A stretch of DNA of 57,608 nt from Myxococcales bacterium (lineage in GTDB: Bacteria > Desulfobacterota > Binatia > HRBIN30): positions 1 through 57,608 of the forward strand of contig JBBILD010000024.1 of assembly GCA_037445065.1 (NCBI GenBank), in the 5' to 3' direction. This document shows positions 35,583 to 47,345 of this stretch, piece by piece. Each line of letters starts with the position of its first letter. Within the stretch, counting starts at the first letter, position 1. The position numbers and the translations under genes are program-made. The notes beneath the pieces are model-generated. The model was not told the DNA's origin and searched no databases. It saw only the letters and a list, made by a program, of their open reading frames with translations.

Positions 35583-37205
35583 CTAACTCACCCCTCCTTC
35601 CCGCGCGGCGCCGGAGTGCCGGCGCTTGCGGTCGAGGTACAACTTATAATCAATACTGTCGACCAGCGCCTGCCAACTCGCTTCGATCACGTTCTGGGAG
35701 ACCCCAACCGTTCCCCAACGGTGTTTTCCGTCGCCGGACTCGATCAGCACGCGCACCGTGGCAGCGGTACCGTCGCCCCCTCCGAGCACGCGTACCTTGT
35801 AATCGAGCAGTTTGACCTCGTCGATCTCAGGGTAAAACTTGCGCAAGGCCTTGCGCAGCGCATTGTCCAAGGCATTCACCGGGCCGTTTCCTTGCGCTGC
35901 CGTATGTTCCACCTCGCCGTCTGGTCCCTGGATCATGATCGTGGCTTCGGAAAGAGGAGGTTCCTCCTCGGACCGCTTCTCGTCAATCACGCGAAACCCA
36001 ATCAGCCGGAAAAAGCGGGAGCGGCGCCCGCTCGCTGTCTTCTGAAGAAGGAGTTCGAACGAGGCTTCTGCCCCCTCGAATTGAAAGCCGCGGTTTTCGA
36101 GTTCCTTGACCTCGGCCAGCACCTTGCGCACGGCCGGGCTGAGCTCTTCTGTGTCTAAACCGAACTCCTTTGCCTTGTACAGAATGTTTCCGCGGCCGGA
36201 CAAATCGGACACCAGAACGCGCTGCCGGTTGCCCACCAAGGCAGGATCAATGTGCTCGTAGGTTTGCGGATTCTTTTGCACCGCCGCCACGTGGACTCCG
36301 CCCTTGTGCGCAAAGGCGCTGAGACCAACGTACGGCTGGCGTTTATTCGGCTCCAGGTTCGCAAGTTCCCATACGAAGTGCGATAATTCGCGCAATCGCC
36401 GGAGCTGGGCCGGGCTGACAACGCGGTAGCCCATTTTGAGCTGAAGATTGGCTACGATCGAGCAGAGGTTCGCATTACCACAGCGTTCCCCAATTCCGTT
36501 GATCGTGCCCTGCACCTGGACAACACCGTGTTGGACCGCAACCAAGCTATTCGCCACCGCTAGCTCTGAGTCGTTGTGGCAATGAATGCCCAATGGCGTC
36601 GAGATCGCCGCCCGCACTGCATCCACCCCCTGCGCGACCTCGTCGGGCAACCTGCCGCCATTTGTTTCGCATAGGCAAATGACGTCAGCGCCGGCCTGCG
36701 CCGCAACCCGGCAACATTCGACCGCGTACTCCGGGTTGGCGCGGAACCCATCGAAGAAGTGTTCTGCGTCGAACACCACGACATCTGTGTGGCGCTTGAG
36801 AAACGCCACGCTGTCGTAAATGACCTCCAAATTTTCCTTGAGTGGGATCCGCAGGTCCTCACGCACGTGCAAGTCCCAAGTCTTCCCGAACACGGTGATC
36901 ACAGGAGTTTCCGCCTGAATGAGCTTGCGCAGGTTCAAATCGTCGCTGGCGCGGACGTTCACTCTGCGGGTGGCCCCAAACGCGGCGAGTTTTGCCTGTT
37001 TGAGGCGGAGCTTCTTTGCCTCGCGGAAGAACGCCTCGTCACGCGGGTTCGATCCTGGCCAGCCGCCCTCGATGTAGCGAATCCCGAAGTCATCGAGCCT
37101 CTCTGCAATGCGCAACTTGTCCTCGACGGTGAAGGCAATATCCTCCGCCTGGCATCCGTCGCGCAGTGTTGTGTCGTAAAGCTCGATGACCTTGGCTCCC
37201 TTCAT
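35583..37205 (-). CDS. cimA: Citramalate synthase
   Basis: [45 protein letters not shown]; follows lysC as in deltaproteobacterial genomes. Confidence 0.92.
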   Translation of the reverse strand: MKGAKVIELYDTTLRDGCQAEDIAFTVEDKLRIAERLDDFGIRYIEGGWPGSNPRDEAFFREAKKLRLKQAKLAAFGATRRVNVRASDDLNLRKLIQAETPVITVFGKTWDLHVREDLRIPLKENLEVIYDSVAFLKRHTDVVVFDAEHFFDGFRANPEYAVECCRVAAQAGADVICLCETNGGRLPDEVAQGVDAVRAAISTPLGIHCHNDSELAVANSLVAVQHGVVQVQGTINGIGERCGNANLCSIVANLQLKMGYRVVSPAQLRRLRELSHFVWELANLEPNKRQPYVGLSAFAHKGGVHVAAVQKNPQTYEHIDPALVGNRQRVLVSDLSGRGNILYKAKEFGLDTEELSPAVRKVLAEVKELENRGFQFEGAEASFELLLQKTASGRRSRFFRLIGFRVIDEKRSEEEPPLSEATIMIQGPDGEVEHTAAQGNGPVNALDNALRKALRKFYPEIDEVKLLDYKVRVLGGGDGTAATVRVLIESGDGKHRWGTVGVSQNVIEASWQALVDSIDYKLYLDRKRRHSGAAREGGVS

Positions 37206-38437
37206 GATTGCTCGACCTCCTCAAAACCTTTCTCGATCAACGCCTCGTGCAACACGCGTACGGCCAGTTCCGTGTACTTGGCGTCGATCACAATCGAAAT
37301 CTTGATCTCCGAGGTCGAGATCATCTGAATATTGATTCCCTCCCGGGCGAGCACTTCGAACATCCTCGCAGCCACCCCAGCGTGACTGCGCATGCCCAAT
37401 CCCACTACGGACACTTTGGTGATGTGCGTGTCGGAGGTCACTCCTGCGGCGCCGATCCGCTCGGCCACCTCCCGCACAAGTGCGAGAGCTTTGTCGAAAT
37501 CCGCTTTCGGCACGGTGAAGGTGACATCGGTGAACCCCGCCTCGCTGGCGTTTTGAATGATCATGTCCACCACGATGTGCGCTTGCGCAATGGGACCAAA
37601 AATCTTGGCCGCAAGCCCTGGGCGGTCCGGCACCCGCAGAATCGTAATCTTTGCTTCGTTTTGATCCGCAGCGACTCCTGACACAAGAACGTTTTCCATG
37701 CTTGGCTCCTCTTGCACGACCCAGGTCCCGGGCTCGTCATTGAAACTCGAGCGCACGCACAAAGGCACATTGTAGCGTTTCGCGAATTCTACGGAGCGGA
37801 TTTGCAGCACCTTTGCCCCTAAGCTGGCAAGTTCGAGCATCTCGTCGAACGAGATCCGCTCCAACTTGCGCGCGTTGGGGCAGATCCGCGGGTCGGTGGT
37901 AAACACCCCGTCCACGTCCGTGTAAATTTCGCACACGTCGGCTTTGACTGCGGCCGCGATCGCTACCGCACTCGTGTCGCTCCCACCTCGGCCCAACGTG
38001 GTCAGGTTTCCCGCGCGGTCTACCCCCTGAAAGCCTGCGACCACTGCCACCTCCCCATTTTCCAGGACCTCGCGCAATTTGTTCGCATCAATGTGGCGAA
38101 TACGGGCTTTTTGGAAGACGCCGTCTGTGATCACTGGGACCTGGAACCCAAGGAGAGAACGGGCCGGAACACCCCAGTCCTGCAGCGCGATGGCGACCAG
38201 GCCCACAGCTACTTGCTCGCCAGCGGCCGCCACAACATCGGCTTCTCGCGGCACCGGCTTCGGAGAAAGGTCGTGCGCGAGCTTGAGAAGGCGATTGGTT
38301 TCCCCCGCCATCGCAGACACCACCACAATGACCTGGTTGCCAGCGCGCCAAGTCTTGGCCACCCGTTCAGCCACCGCGCGAATGCGCTCCAGATTGCCGA
38401 CCGAGGTGCCTCCAAACTTTTGTACCACCAAAGCCAC
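37202..38437 (-). CDS. lysC: Aspartate kinase
   Basis: [24 protein letters not shown], two ACT domains, STSEIKIS. Confidence 0.97.
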   Translation of the reverse strand: MALVVQKFGGTSVGNLERIRAVAERVAKTWRAGNQVIVVVSAMAGETNRLLKLAHDLSPKPVPREADVVAAAGEQVAVGLVAIALQDWGVPARSLLGFQVPVITDGVFQKARIRHIDANKLREVLENGEVAVVAGFQGVDRAGNLTTLGRGGSDTSAVAIAAAVKADVCEIYTDVDGVFTTDPRICPNARKLERISFDEMLELASLGAKVLQIRSVEFAKRYNVPLCVRSSFNDEPGTWVVQEEPSMENVLVSGVAADQNEAKITILRVPDRPGLAAKIFGPIAQAHIVVDMIIQNASEAGFTDVTFTVPKADFDKALALVREVAERIGAAGVTSDTHITKVSVVGLGMRSHAGVAARMFEVLAREGINIQMISTSEIKISIVIDAKYTELAVRVLHEALIEKGFEEVEQS

Positions 38438-38440
38438 GGC

Positions 38441-38923
38441 TCAAATCACCTCCCGCAGTTGTTGGGAGGCCCCGGCGGCTGCGTCCATCCAATCGAGAAG
38501 CCGGCCCTCTTCGCTGCAAAAAGATAGCCGGCGCCTGTCGTCGGGCAGCAACTCCAGATGGACCACCAGGGACGCGCGCTCCCCTACCAGGTGCTCCCAC
38601 CATTCGACCACGGCCACTCCATCCCCATCGAGAACCTCGCGCAGCGCCAGCACATCTTCGCTAGCGAGGGAAAGACGATAGAGGTCAATGTGGAAGAGCG
38701 GAAAGCGGCCACTTCGGTACTCGTGCATCAAAGCAAAGGAAGGGCTGCGCACCTCCTCCTCGCGCACGCCGAGCCCGCCTGCAATCCCGCGCACCAGGGT
38801 GGTCTTGCCAGCGCCGAGCGGCCCGCACAGGCCGATCACGTCGCCTGGCTCGAGAGCCCCAGCGAGCAACCCCCCGAGTCGACGCGTCTCATCCTCGCTC
38901 GAGGAAACACAAATCCGCCGCAT
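38441..38923 (-). CDS. tsaE: t6A biosynthesis ATPase
   Basis: GPLGAGKTT, VRSPSF, HIDLYRL, VVEW. Confidence 0.94.
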   Translation of the reverse strand: MRRICVSSSEDETRRLGGLLAGALEPGDVIGLCGPLGAGKTTLVRGIAGGLGVREEEVRSPSFALMHEYRSGRFPLFHIDLYRLSLASEDVLALREVLDGDGVAVVEWWEHLVGERASLVVHLELLPDDRRRLSFCSEEGRLLDWMDAAAGASQQLREVI

Positions 38924-38991
38924 GGCCAAGGAACATACCTGCTTTTCTGCGCGCTTGCACGGGGCAACACACAGCGCAGAGTGGTAGCCGC

Positions 38992-40536
38992 CTACCGCAC
39001 CAAGTCCTTCAGCACCACTGGAACCAGCCGCGCCACCTCGGAGGCCAGGAAGCCGAACGGGGCATAGTCCGCAGCCAAACGGTCCGCCGCGCGGCCATGT
39101 ACGAAAGCCCCGAGGCGCGCGGCGTCCAACGGCGAGAGGCCTTGGGCCCGCAAGGCTCCAATGACCCCGGATAGAACGTCGCCCATGCCGCCTGTGGCCA
39201 TTCCAGGATTGCCAGTGGGGTTGATCCACAGTTCATCGTCAGGGGCAGCAATCAAGGTACGTGCCCCTTTGAGCAGCAGGATGCAACCGTAAGTCTTCGC
39301 AAAGCGGCGAGCAACGCCGGGGCGGTCCTGCTGTACATCCTTGGTAGAAGCGGCAACCAGGCGGGCCATTTCCCCAGGGTGCGGGGTCAGGACCGGTTGC
39401 ACCGCGCAGTTCCGCAGGATTTCTGGCTGGCGCGCAAGGCAGGTGAGCGCGTCAGCATCTAATACGACGGGAAGTCTCGCTTGAGTCAGGACAAAGCGAA
39501 CGATTTCGAACGCTTGCTCGTCGGTGCCCATTCCGGGGCCCAGGACCACAACGGACTTGCCCTCTAGAACGGACCGCAGCGCTTGCTCATCGAACAACAA
39601 GTGGCCGTCTCGATCCGGCAAAGTGGCGGTCATGATTTCCGGAACGTGGCTCGCAAGCACCGCGTTCAACGAAGCCGGGCCTGCCAGGGTGGTCAGACCC
39701 GCACCAGCACGCGCAGAGGCTGCAGCAGCCAATACAGCGGCTCCGGTGCGGCCGCGGGCACCGCCGATCACCAGCACATGGCCAAAATGGCCTTTGTGTG
39801 CATCCCGCGCCCGAGCGGGCAAAGTTCCTACAAAGTCGTTTGGCTCGGCAAGAAAGGTGCGCGGGTTCACGGCAAGGACTGCGCCCGCAGCCAACCCGAT
39901 ATCCACGACCCGCAACGTGCCGACGTAGTCGGCGCCCGGGTAGATCACTTGGCCAATCTTCGCCAAGCCGAAGGTCGGGGTCAGGTGCGCGCGAATGGAA
40001 GTTCCAAGAGGCACGCCGCGGTCGGCGTCGAGCCCCGAGGGGATATCGAGGGAGACGATTTTCTTCCCACTCTCATTGACAGTCGCGATGATCTTCGCCA
40101 CTTCTCCGGTCACCGGGGCGTTGAGTCCCGTGCCAAAGAGGGCGTCTACGATCCAGTCCGCGTCTCGCCCACTCGTGCGCACGAACTCCGCATCTGCGCC
40201 CGCCGTGACCGCCACGGCCTTGTTTTTCTGCAGTTCGTCCCAAGCGCGGCGAGCATCGCCGCGCAGGTCTTGCGGATGGGCGATCAGAGCTACCCGAACC
40301 TGTGCCGCACGTTCAGCTAAGAGGCAAGCGAGCACCATCCCGTCACCCCCGTTGTTACCTCGTCCGGCGATCACCAGTACCCGCTTGCCAGCCGCCGGCC
40401 CCCACGTCTCCTCGATTGTCTTTAGGGCGCCCTCGGCTGCGCGCCGCATCAAGCTGAATCCTGGAATGCCGTACTGCTCGATCGACAGGCGATCAATTTC
40501 GCGCATTTGCGATGCAGTGACGACTCGCAGCGACAC
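38992..40536 (-). CDS. nnr: Bifunctional NAD(P)H-hydrate epimerase/dehydratase
   Basis: GRGNNGGDG, DALFGTG, DIPSG, HKGHFG, GPGMG, DADAL, TPHPGE, GGMGDVL. Confidence 0.95.
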   Translation of the reverse strand: MSLRVVTASQMREIDRLSIEQYGIPGFSLMRRAAEGALKTIEETWGPAAGKRVLVIAGRGNNGGDGMVLACLLAERAAQVRVALIAHPQDLRGDARRAWDELQKNKAVAVTAGADAEFVRTSGRDADWIVDALFGTGLNAPVTGEVAKIIATVNESGKKIVSLDIPSGLDADRGVPLGTSIRAHLTPTFGLAKIGQVIYPGADYVGTLRVVDIGLAAGAVLAVNPRTFLAEPNDFVGTLPARARDAHKGHFGHVLVIGGARGRTGAAVLAAAASARAGAGLTTLAGPASLNAVLASHVPEIMTATLPDRDGHLLFDEQALRSVLEGKSVVVLGPGMGTDEQAFEIVRFVLTQARLPVVLDADALTCLARQPEILRNCAVQPVLTPHPGEMARLVAASTKDVQQDRPGVARRFAKTYGCILLLKGARTLIAAPDDELWINPTGNPGMATGGMGDVLSGVIGALRAQGLSPLDAARLGAFVHGRAADRLAADYAPFGFLASEVARLVPVVLKDLVR

Positions 40537-40557
40537 GCAAGACTCCCTTCGCGGGAC

Positions 40558-41916
40558 TCACGCCCCCAAGCTTTTCTGCAAAGAAGCCACTAACTCATTG
40601 AGCCAACGTTCCGCCTGTTCCAGGTCTTCAGCCTCCACCATCACGCGCAACACGGGCTCGGTGCCTGAGTAGCGAACAAGGACGCGGCCCCGTTCGCCCA
40701 AGGAGGCGGTGGCCGCCTGCAGGCACTGCTGAAAGGCATCGATTGTTTCCAGGGGGGCGTACCGGGCAACCGGCACGCTTCGCATTCGCTGTGGAAGCCG
40801 ATCGAAGCCCCGTCGAAGTTCACTGAGCGGCGACCCCACTCGCCGTGCCAGCTCCAGTGCGGTGAGTGCGGCGAGGAGTCCGTCTCCGGTTGTCGCCCTA
40901 CGCCGCAGAACAACGTGCCCGGACGGTTCTCCGCCAAGGTCGCTCCCTTCTCGCGCCATGGCCTCGCTCACCTGGCGGTCACCAACGCCGGTTCGCACGA
41001 AACGCATCCCGACCGCTTGCAGTGCGCGCTCGAGGCCGAGGTTCGACATGACCGTTCCAACGACCACGGGAGAATGGATCAGCTCCATGGCCTTGCCGTA
41101 ACGTGCGAAAATAAACAGCAAGTCGTCTCCGTCGAGCAGATGCCCCTGCTCATCGACCAGCACCACGCGATCAGCATCGCCATCCAGGGCAATGCCGACG
41201 TCGCTGCGAGTCCGCAGCGTTTCGCTCCGTACAAGTTCCGGATGGGTCGCGCCACATCTTTCGTTGATATTCGTGCCGTCCGGCGTGGACCCCACCGGAT
41301 GCACGGACGCACCGGCAGCAGAAAACGCCTGAGGGGCGACTTCAAAGGCGGCACCGTTGGCGGCGTCGATCACCACTCGCGTTCCCTTCAACCAGGTGCC
41401 ACTCGGTAGAAAACGTGCCAAACCACGCAGGTAACGTTCACTCGCGTCGACGAGGAAGGTGACCGATCCCACGTCCCTCCCTATGGGGCGAGACAAGGGA
41501 AGGGCCCTACCGGCTTCTTCCAGTTCTTGTTCGATGCGGCGCTCGAGGGCCTCCGGTGCCTTCGTTCCATCCCGAGTGAACAGTTTGATTCCATTGTCCG
41601 CAAAGGGATTATGCGAGGCGGAAAGAACCACTCCCAATTCCGCGCCGAGAACACGCGTGAGGTACGCGACCGCTGGGGTCGGCAAAATGCCGACCAACCA
41701 CGGGTTGGCTCCAGCCGCACAAACACCGGCGACGAGCGCGCTTTGCAGCATCTCTCCCGATCGGCGGGTATCTCGGCCGACAACCACGCGTGCCGCTCCC
41801 GCCTCCAGGCTCAGGCGCCCCAGCACTTCACCCAAAGCAGCAACGGTCGGCGGGACCAACGGCGGGCGGTTTGCGACTCCGCGAATACCGTCCGTTCCAA
41901 ACAGTCTCCTATGCAT
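40558..41916 (-). CDS. glmM: Phosphoglucosamine mutase
   Basis: FGTDGIRG, SASHNP, DGDADR, GTVMSN, GGEPSGH, RYSGTEP. Confidence 0.96.
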   Translation of the reverse strand: MHRRLFGTDGIRGVANRPPLVPPTVAALGEVLGRLSLEAGAARVVVGRDTRRSGEMLQSALVAGVCAAGANPWLVGILPTPAVAYLTRVLGAELGVVLSASHNPFADNGIKLFTRDGTKAPEALERRIEQELEEAGRALPLSRPIGRDVGSVTFLVDASERYLRGLARFLPSGTWLKGTRVVIDAANGAAFEVAPQAFSAAGASVHPVGSTPDGTNINERCGATHPELVRSETLRTRSDVGIALDGDADRVVLVDEQGHLLDGDDLLFIFARYGKAMELIHSPVVVGTVMSNLGLERALQAVGMRFVRTGVGDRQVSEAMAREGSDLGGEPSGHVVLRRRATTGDGLLAALTALELARRVGSPLSELRRGFDRLPQRMRSVPVARYAPLETIDAFQQCLQAATASLGERGRVLVRYSGTEPVLRVMVEAEDLEQAERWLNELVASLQKSLGA

Positions 41917-42011
41917 GGGGCGACCCGACCGACTCCAGCAGTCCGATTCCTCCCTAATATCACGTCTGGAGCGAATCAACGAACGCTTCTTGCGGGAAGC
42001 GGAGAGTGCGC

Positions 42012-43034
42012 CTAGTGAGGCGATCGCCCGGCGCTGCCACGGCGCGCAGCCAGTAATTTGACCGAAACCTGCGCGGGGTCCACCTGCACGATTTCCACAC
42101 CCTCCGGCACGGTGACACTCACATCCACTACGTGCTGTCCAGGGGCTTTGCCATTCACGTCCACAAACGCAGCCGGTTCCGCCGCCCCCTCCTCGGCGCC
42201 TAGGAGACGTTTTGGTCCGCGCACGGTTACGGCTACGGTTCGGGGAGAGAGCACAGACGCAAAACGAGCGTTGCGCACTTCAACTGGCACACGGCGAAAC
42301 TCTCGAGTCACCAAGATCTCTTCCGCCCGTAGCTGCACTGCAACTCGACTGGCACTGAACGAGACGTAGTCGCCACTCGCCTCCAGTGGCAGTTCCTTTT
42401 CGAAGGTGCCCGGAGTCAAAGCGGTCACGTCAATGGGCTGCGTGTAGGCGGTGGTAATATCCTCGATGGTTGAAGCCGGTCCGCTGACTTCCACCATTTC
42501 AGGTGAGACTTTGGTTTCGGTCACCTGCAGATGCCCAGGTAAGCGGCCAGCAAAGCGAACCCGAACGGGAACGGTCTTGTGCCCGACCCGTTCGAGCTCC
42601 AGTGTCACTTGGGCGGGTGTGATTCGCGCCACGCGCACCCCTCTCGGCAGCGCCAACGAATCGGAACTCAGCCGAAACACGGCCGGACCTGGCTTGACCC
42701 CGCTCAAGTCCACAGGAATGGACAAACGGTTCCGATCGATCCTTCCCAAGAGGGTGCGGGGACCGACGACCCGCACCTCGACAAAGTCGTCGCGCGGGCT
42801 CGTAATCATCAAGTTCGATGGGACGTTGCGTAGCTCCAGAGGAACGCGCAGGGTATCCTCCGCATCCCGTTCCCCGAAGTTGACGAAGCTCCAAAGAGCG
42901 AAGGCGATGGCCAGCGAGAGCAGTTTCAACGGCAAGTTGTACGTGAACACCTCGACCCACTGGCGCGGGCTCCACAAGATGGGCCCGAAGCGTCGAGCCA
43001 GCTCGAGCGGTCCATAACGCTTCCACCAACTCAT
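42012..43034 (-). CDS. cdaR: CdaR/YbbR-domain regulator of diadenylate cyclase
   Basis: NLPLKLLSLAIAFALW TM followed by three YbbR-like repeats (VRVVGP, VEVSGP, VTVRGP); lies between dacA and glmM. Confidence 0.88.
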   Translation of the reverse strand: MSWWKRYGPLELARRFGPILWSPRQWVEVFTYNLPLKLLSLAIAFALWSFVNFGERDAEDTLRVPLELRNVPSNLMITSPRDDFVEVRVVGPRTLLGRIDRNRLSIPVDLSGVKPGPAVFRLSSDSLALPRGVRVARITPAQVTLELERVGHKTVPVRVRFAGRLPGHLQVTETKVSPEMVEVSGPASTIEDITTAYTQPIDVTALTPGTFEKELPLEASGDYVSFSASRVAVQLRAEEILVTREFRRVPVEVRNARFASVLSPRTVAVTVRGPKRLLGAEEGAAEPAAFVDVNGKAPGQHVVDVSVTVPEGVEIVQVDPAQVSVKLLAARRGSAGRSPH

Positions 43035-43780
43035 GCACCCAAAAGTTTCTGCAGAGTGGCACGGAGGGTGCCAGCGTCCACGTCACGGGTGATCCGCCCC
43101 TCCCGGACCAACGAAATCGCCCCTTCTTCCTCGGAAATCACCACCACTACGGCATCCGTCTCTTCGGTCAGCCCGATGGCAGCGCGATGGCGAGTGCCGA
43201 GCGACTTGCTGACGTGGGGGTTGCCCGTGAGGGGCAAAAAGCAGCCAGCGGCAATGATCCGGCCGTGATGGATGATTACCGCACCGTCATGAATTGGAGA
43301 GGTAGGTAGGAAGATGCTCATGATGAGTTCCTTACTGACACGAGCGTCCAAGCGAGTACCAACCTCCACGTACTGATCCAGACCGACTTCTCTTTGCAAC
43401 ACGATCAATGCCCCCACGCGCTTACTCGCTAGAGCCACCGCTGCGCGGACGATTTCTTCGAGATCTTCTTGCTCGATCCATTTGCGACGTCCCCAAAACG
43501 GCTGCGTCCCAACTTGGGTAAGTGCGCGGCGAATGTCATCTTGGAAAATGACGACAATGACTAAGAAGATCGAACCGAGAAAATTGTCTAACAACCAGTT
43601 GAGCGTGTAGAGTTCGAAGTACTGTGAAGACAGGAAGGCAACAAACACGACCGCGAGCCCAATGAGCATCTGCATCGCCCGGGTGCCACGGATCAGGTCG
43701 ATCGTACGGTAGATCACGTACGCGATGACCAGGATGTCGATCGCATCCTGAACACGCAGCGTACCGATCCAGTCCAGCAT
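43031..43780 (-). CDS. dacA: Diadenylate cyclase CdaA
   Basis: Three N-terminal TMs; HDGA and GTRHRAA catalytic motifs; VISEE. Confidence 0.95.
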   Translation of the reverse strand: MLDWIGTLRVQDAIDILVIAYVIYRTIDLIRGTRAMQMLIGLAVVFVAFLSSQYFELYTLNWLLDNFLGSIFLVIVVIFQDDIRRALTQVGTQPFWGRRKWIEQEDLEEIVRAAVALASKRVGALIVLQREVGLDQYVEVGTRLDARVSKELIMSIFLPTSPIHDGAVIIHHGRIIAAGCFLPLTGNPHVSKSLGTRHRAAIGLTEETDAVVVVISEEEGAISLVREGRITRDVDAGTLRATLQKLLGA

Positions 43781-43926
43781 GGCTCACCGTTCCCGCCCGA
43801 TTTCCATCGCTCCGAATCGACCCGCCGCTCCGCCCCCTCTTGTCACCGATGGCCCGAAATTCTGCAAGGCAATGCCCCCAACCCCCTGGGCCCCGCGCAA
43901 ATCAGCGGGCCCCCTCAGGCGCGTCC

Positions 43927-45765
43927 TTAGGGATTGGCTTGCCACATTTGCTCCGCACCAGGGTTCAACCCGGCGCGACCCTGCCGCACGATTGCATCAA
44001 TCTCGGCACCGTCGAGCACTTCTCTTTCGAGCAGGGCCTCAGCCAAGCGGTGAAGTGTATCCAGGTTGACGGTGAGCAAGTGTTTCGCCTTTTCGTAACA
44101 CTCGGTTACGATTCGGCGCACTTCGTTGTCAATTTCCACCGCCGTTTGCTCGGAATAATCCTGAAGTTGGGTAAAGTCGCGGCCCAGGAAAATCTGTTCT
44201 TCTTTCTTGCCAAAGGTCATGGGCCCCAACCGTTCGCTCATGCCCCACTGGCAGACCATCTTTCTGGCCCACTCCGTCGCGCGTTCGATGTCATTGGCGG
44301 CGCCCGTGGTCAGATGACCCATGACAATTTCTTCCGCTGCACGCCCACCGAACAAGATCGTGATCTGGTTCACGATGTAGTCCTTGGAATACGAATGGCG
44401 GTCGTCCACCGGCACTTGCTGGGTAATCCCTAAAGCCATCCCGCGCGGAATAATGGACACTTTGTGGACGGGGTCCGTGCCGGGAAGGAGTTTGGCGACC
44501 AGGGCGTGGCCTGCCTCGTGATAGGCCGTACTACGCCGCTCCTCTGCACTCATGATCATGCTGCGGCGCTCCACCCCCATGAGCACCTTATCTTTCGCGA
44601 GCTCGAAATCGGCCATCGTGACTTTGTCTTTGTTCGCGCGGGCGGCAAGGAGCGCTGCCTCGTTGACCAGGTTTTCGAGGTCCGCCCCAGCGAACCCTGG
44701 GGTACCGCGTGCAAGTAAGCTCAAATCAACGTCGTCAGCGATCGGCACCCGGCGGGTGTGAACGCGAAGAATTCCCTCGCGGCCCTTCACATCCGGCCTT
44801 GGCACCACCACCCGGCGATCAAAGCGGCCGGGGCGAAGCAAGGCCGGGTCCAAAACGTCGGGGCGATTGGTGGCAGCGATGAGGATCACCCCCTCGTTGG
44901 TCTCAAAGCCGTCCATCTCGACCAGAAGCTGATTGAGGGTCTGCTCCCGCTCGTCGTGCCCACCGCCCAAACCCGCTCCGCGGTGACGGCCCACGGCATC
45001 GATCTCGTCAATGAAGATGATGCACGGGGCGTTTTTCTTCCCCTGCACGAACAAGTCCCGCACCCGCGACGCTCCCACCCCAACAAACATTTCCACGAAG
45101 TCCGAGCCGCTGATCGAGAAGAAGGGCACGCCAGCCTCCCCGGCAATCGCACGCGCAAGCAGCGTTTTGCCAGTGCCGGGCGGGCCAACGAGCAACACGC
45201 CTTTCGGGATTCGTCCACCGAGTTTGGTGAACTTCTTCGGATCTTTGAGGAACGCAATGATCTCTTCGAGTTCCTCTTTCGCCTCGTCGATCCCAGCTAC
45301 GTCACTGAACGTCACCCGATTCGTGTTTTCAGTCAACAGCTTGGCTCGGCTTTTTCCGAACGCCATCGCCTTGCCGCCGCCGATTTGCATCTGACGCATG
45401 AAGAAGATCCAGACCCCGATCAGGAGCAGCATTGGGAACCATTGAACGAACAGAATGACGTACCAGGGCTCTCCATCCTCGGGCCGAGCCTCGATCTTCA
45501 CCGCCTTCTCACGCAAGAGGCGAATTAGGTCCGGGTCGCGCGGCGCGTAGGTTTTAAACCGCTCACCGTTCCCGTAACGTCCACGAATCGTCTGGCCTTG
45601 GATCGTTACCTGAGAGACCTCGCCCTTTTCCAGGGCTGCGAGGAAGTCGCTGAAAATTACCTCGGGCTCCCGCACCTGCTGGCGGTTGAACAAGTTAAAC
45701 AAAAGTAGAAACAGGAGCCCCATCACCAACCACAGGGCCACGTTTCGTGAAAACTGGTTCACCAT
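43927..45765 (-). CDS. ftsH: ATP-dependent zinc metalloprotease FtsH
   Basis: Two TMs, [27 protein letters not shown]. Confidence 0.98.
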   Translation of the reverse strand: MVNQFSRNVALWLVMGLLFLLLFNLFNRQQVREPEVIFSDFLAALEKGEVSQVTIQGQTIRGRYGNGERFKTYAPRDPDLIRLLREKAVKIEARPEDGEPWYVILFVQWFPMLLLIGVWIFFMRQMQIGGGKAMAFGKSRAKLLTENTNRVTFSDVAGIDEAKEELEEIIAFLKDPKKFTKLGGRIPKGVLLVGPPGTGKTLLARAIAGEAGVPFFSISGSDFVEMFVGVGASRVRDLFVQGKKNAPCIIFIDEIDAVGRHRGAGLGGGHDEREQTLNQLLVEMDGFETNEGVILIAATNRPDVLDPALLRPGRFDRRVVVPRPDVKGREGILRVHTRRVPIADDVDLSLLARGTPGFAGADLENLVNEAALLAARANKDKVTMADFELAKDKVLMGVERRSMIMSAEERRSTAYHEAGHALVAKLLPGTDPVHKVSIIPRGMALGITQQVPVDDRHSYSKDYIVNQITILFGGRAAEEIVMGHLTTGAANDIERATEWARKMVCQWGMSERLGPMTFGKKEEQIFLGRDFTQLQDYSEQTAVEIDNEVRRIVTECYEKAKHLLTVNLDTLHRLAEALLEREVLDGAEIDAIVRQGRAGLNPGAEQMWQANP

Positions 45766-45826
45766 AGAAACTTCGCCAGCCTAGCGCAGCCTGCTTCCGT
45801 AACACAGGTATTCCAACGCGGCAACG

Positions 45827-47236
45827 TTAAACCCCCGACTCCGCGGCGAAACGCCGAGGAGAAACCTCGATCCACAGGCACTGGGTCCCCCGCTCCGGCA
45901 AGAGAAAATGCCGGGAGCGGACCACCCCAGGAACCCAAAGCAACGTGTCGCCACACACCAACACGGGCCGGCCCCAGCGGAGAGACCGCGGTACTTTGCG
46001 GTCCACAAAAATATCCTGAAGCTTCTTACTCTGCGCCATCCCAATGGGCTCGATCCGGTCGCCGGGGCGCGCCGGGCGAAACCTCCACGCTGTTGCGGCC
46101 GCTGGATTTTCGGCATCAAAAGCTGCGATCCATTCCCGCGCGCACGCCAGTCGGTGCCGGAGCTGCGATCTCTGGAACGCACCAACGACTTCGACCTCAG
46201 CGGTAAGCCCGCCCGGAAGGGCCAGCCTGCCCGGGCCAGCGAACGGCACCGAGGTCCACTCGTAAGGGAAATGCCCCGCCCGTTCCTTAGGCGCCTGTCC
46301 GCGCAGAAGTGCCCACGCTTCTTCCCGAGAAAGGAAGCGATCGTCTCCGCGCCCTGCGTGGGCAACCAGCGCGTCCCAGTGGCACAGTGTGCGTGCCTTC
46401 TGTTTGCCCGACTCGTGCACCTCGCCCAACCACGCCCGCAAGAGTGCGCCCCGCAAGGGTGTTGGGGTGGCGCGAAGGGCACGGATGCAGATGCGGCCTT
46501 CAGCATCGAGCAGGGTACGCATTTTTTCCTCTAGGAGGGCATGAAGGGCACTGTCATGTCGCCGAGCCAACGAAGCAAGACGCGCAAGGCTGGCGACCAC
46601 CTGCGGGTTCAATCGTTCCAGGAGCGGGAGAACCTCCGACCGAATCCGATTGCGGGCAAAGCGGCGATCGCGATTCATTTCGTCATCGTCAAAGCCGATT
46701 TGGTGCTGCCGCAAAAATCCGAGCACTTCTTGGCGGGTCCGCTCGATGAGCGGGCGCACGACGCCGTCCCGCCGCACCGGGAGGATTCCCTTCAAACCGC
46801 TGACGCCGGTTCCACGTACTAACCGCAGGAGTACCGTTTCGGCCTGATCCGTCATCGTGTGGGCGGTGGCGATCTTCGCACACGCTGCTTGCTGAGCGGC
46901 GAGTTGCAGGAAACGGTACCTCTCGGATCGCGCCCGTGCTTCCAAATTGCTGCCGCCTAGTTGCAAAGTACTGCTACGGCCGGCGATGAAAGGCAGGCCG
47001 AAGTCATCCACGACCCGGCGGCACAAAGCTTCGACACGGTCTGCATCCGCACGCAGCCCATGATTGAAGTGAGCCACCACCAACTGCCCTTCCCACTCAG
47101 GCGCCAGCGCGTAGAGTGCATGCAAGAGCGCAGTGGAATCAGGCCCGCCGGAGAACGCGACGAGGACACGCTCACCGCCCTTGAACATCTGATATTTCTG
47201 AATCGTCGCGAACACGCTCTGAAAAAACACGTTCAT
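45827..47236 (-). CDS. tilS: tRNA(Ile)-lysidine synthetase
   Basis: AFSGGPDS, HFNHGLR, EARARSERY, AHTMTDQAET, RNRIR, KKLQDIF. Confidence 0.94.
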   Translation of the reverse strand: MNVFFQSVFATIQKYQMFKGGERVLVAFSGGPDSTALLHALYALAPEWEGQLVVAHFNHGLRADADRVEALCRRVVDDFGLPFIAGRSSTLQLGGSNLEARARSERYRFLQLAAQQAACAKIATAHTMTDQAETVLLRLVRGTGVSGLKGILPVRRDGVVRPLIERTRQEVLGFLRQHQIGFDDDEMNRDRRFARNRIRSEVLPLLERLNPQVVASLARLASLARRHDSALHALLEEKMRTLLDAEGRICIRALRATPTPLRGALLRAWLGEVHESGKQKARTLCHWDALVAHAGRGDDRFLSREEAWALLRGQAPKERAGHFPYEWTSVPFAGPGRLALPGGLTAEVEVVGAFQRSQLRHRLACAREWIAAFDAENPAAATAWRFRPARPGDRIEPIGMAQSKKLQDIFVDRKVPRSLRWGRPVLVCGDTLLWVPGVVRSRHFLLPERGTQCLWIEVSPRRFAAESGV

Positions 47237-47345
47237 GGCGTTGGGCGGAAGCACTTTAAACGAACTCGCGGTCACCGCAATTCAAGCGCGAGCTCTGCTT
47301 GCCAACCCCACAGAATTCCCCGACAAAGCGTGCTAAGCGCGCTCC

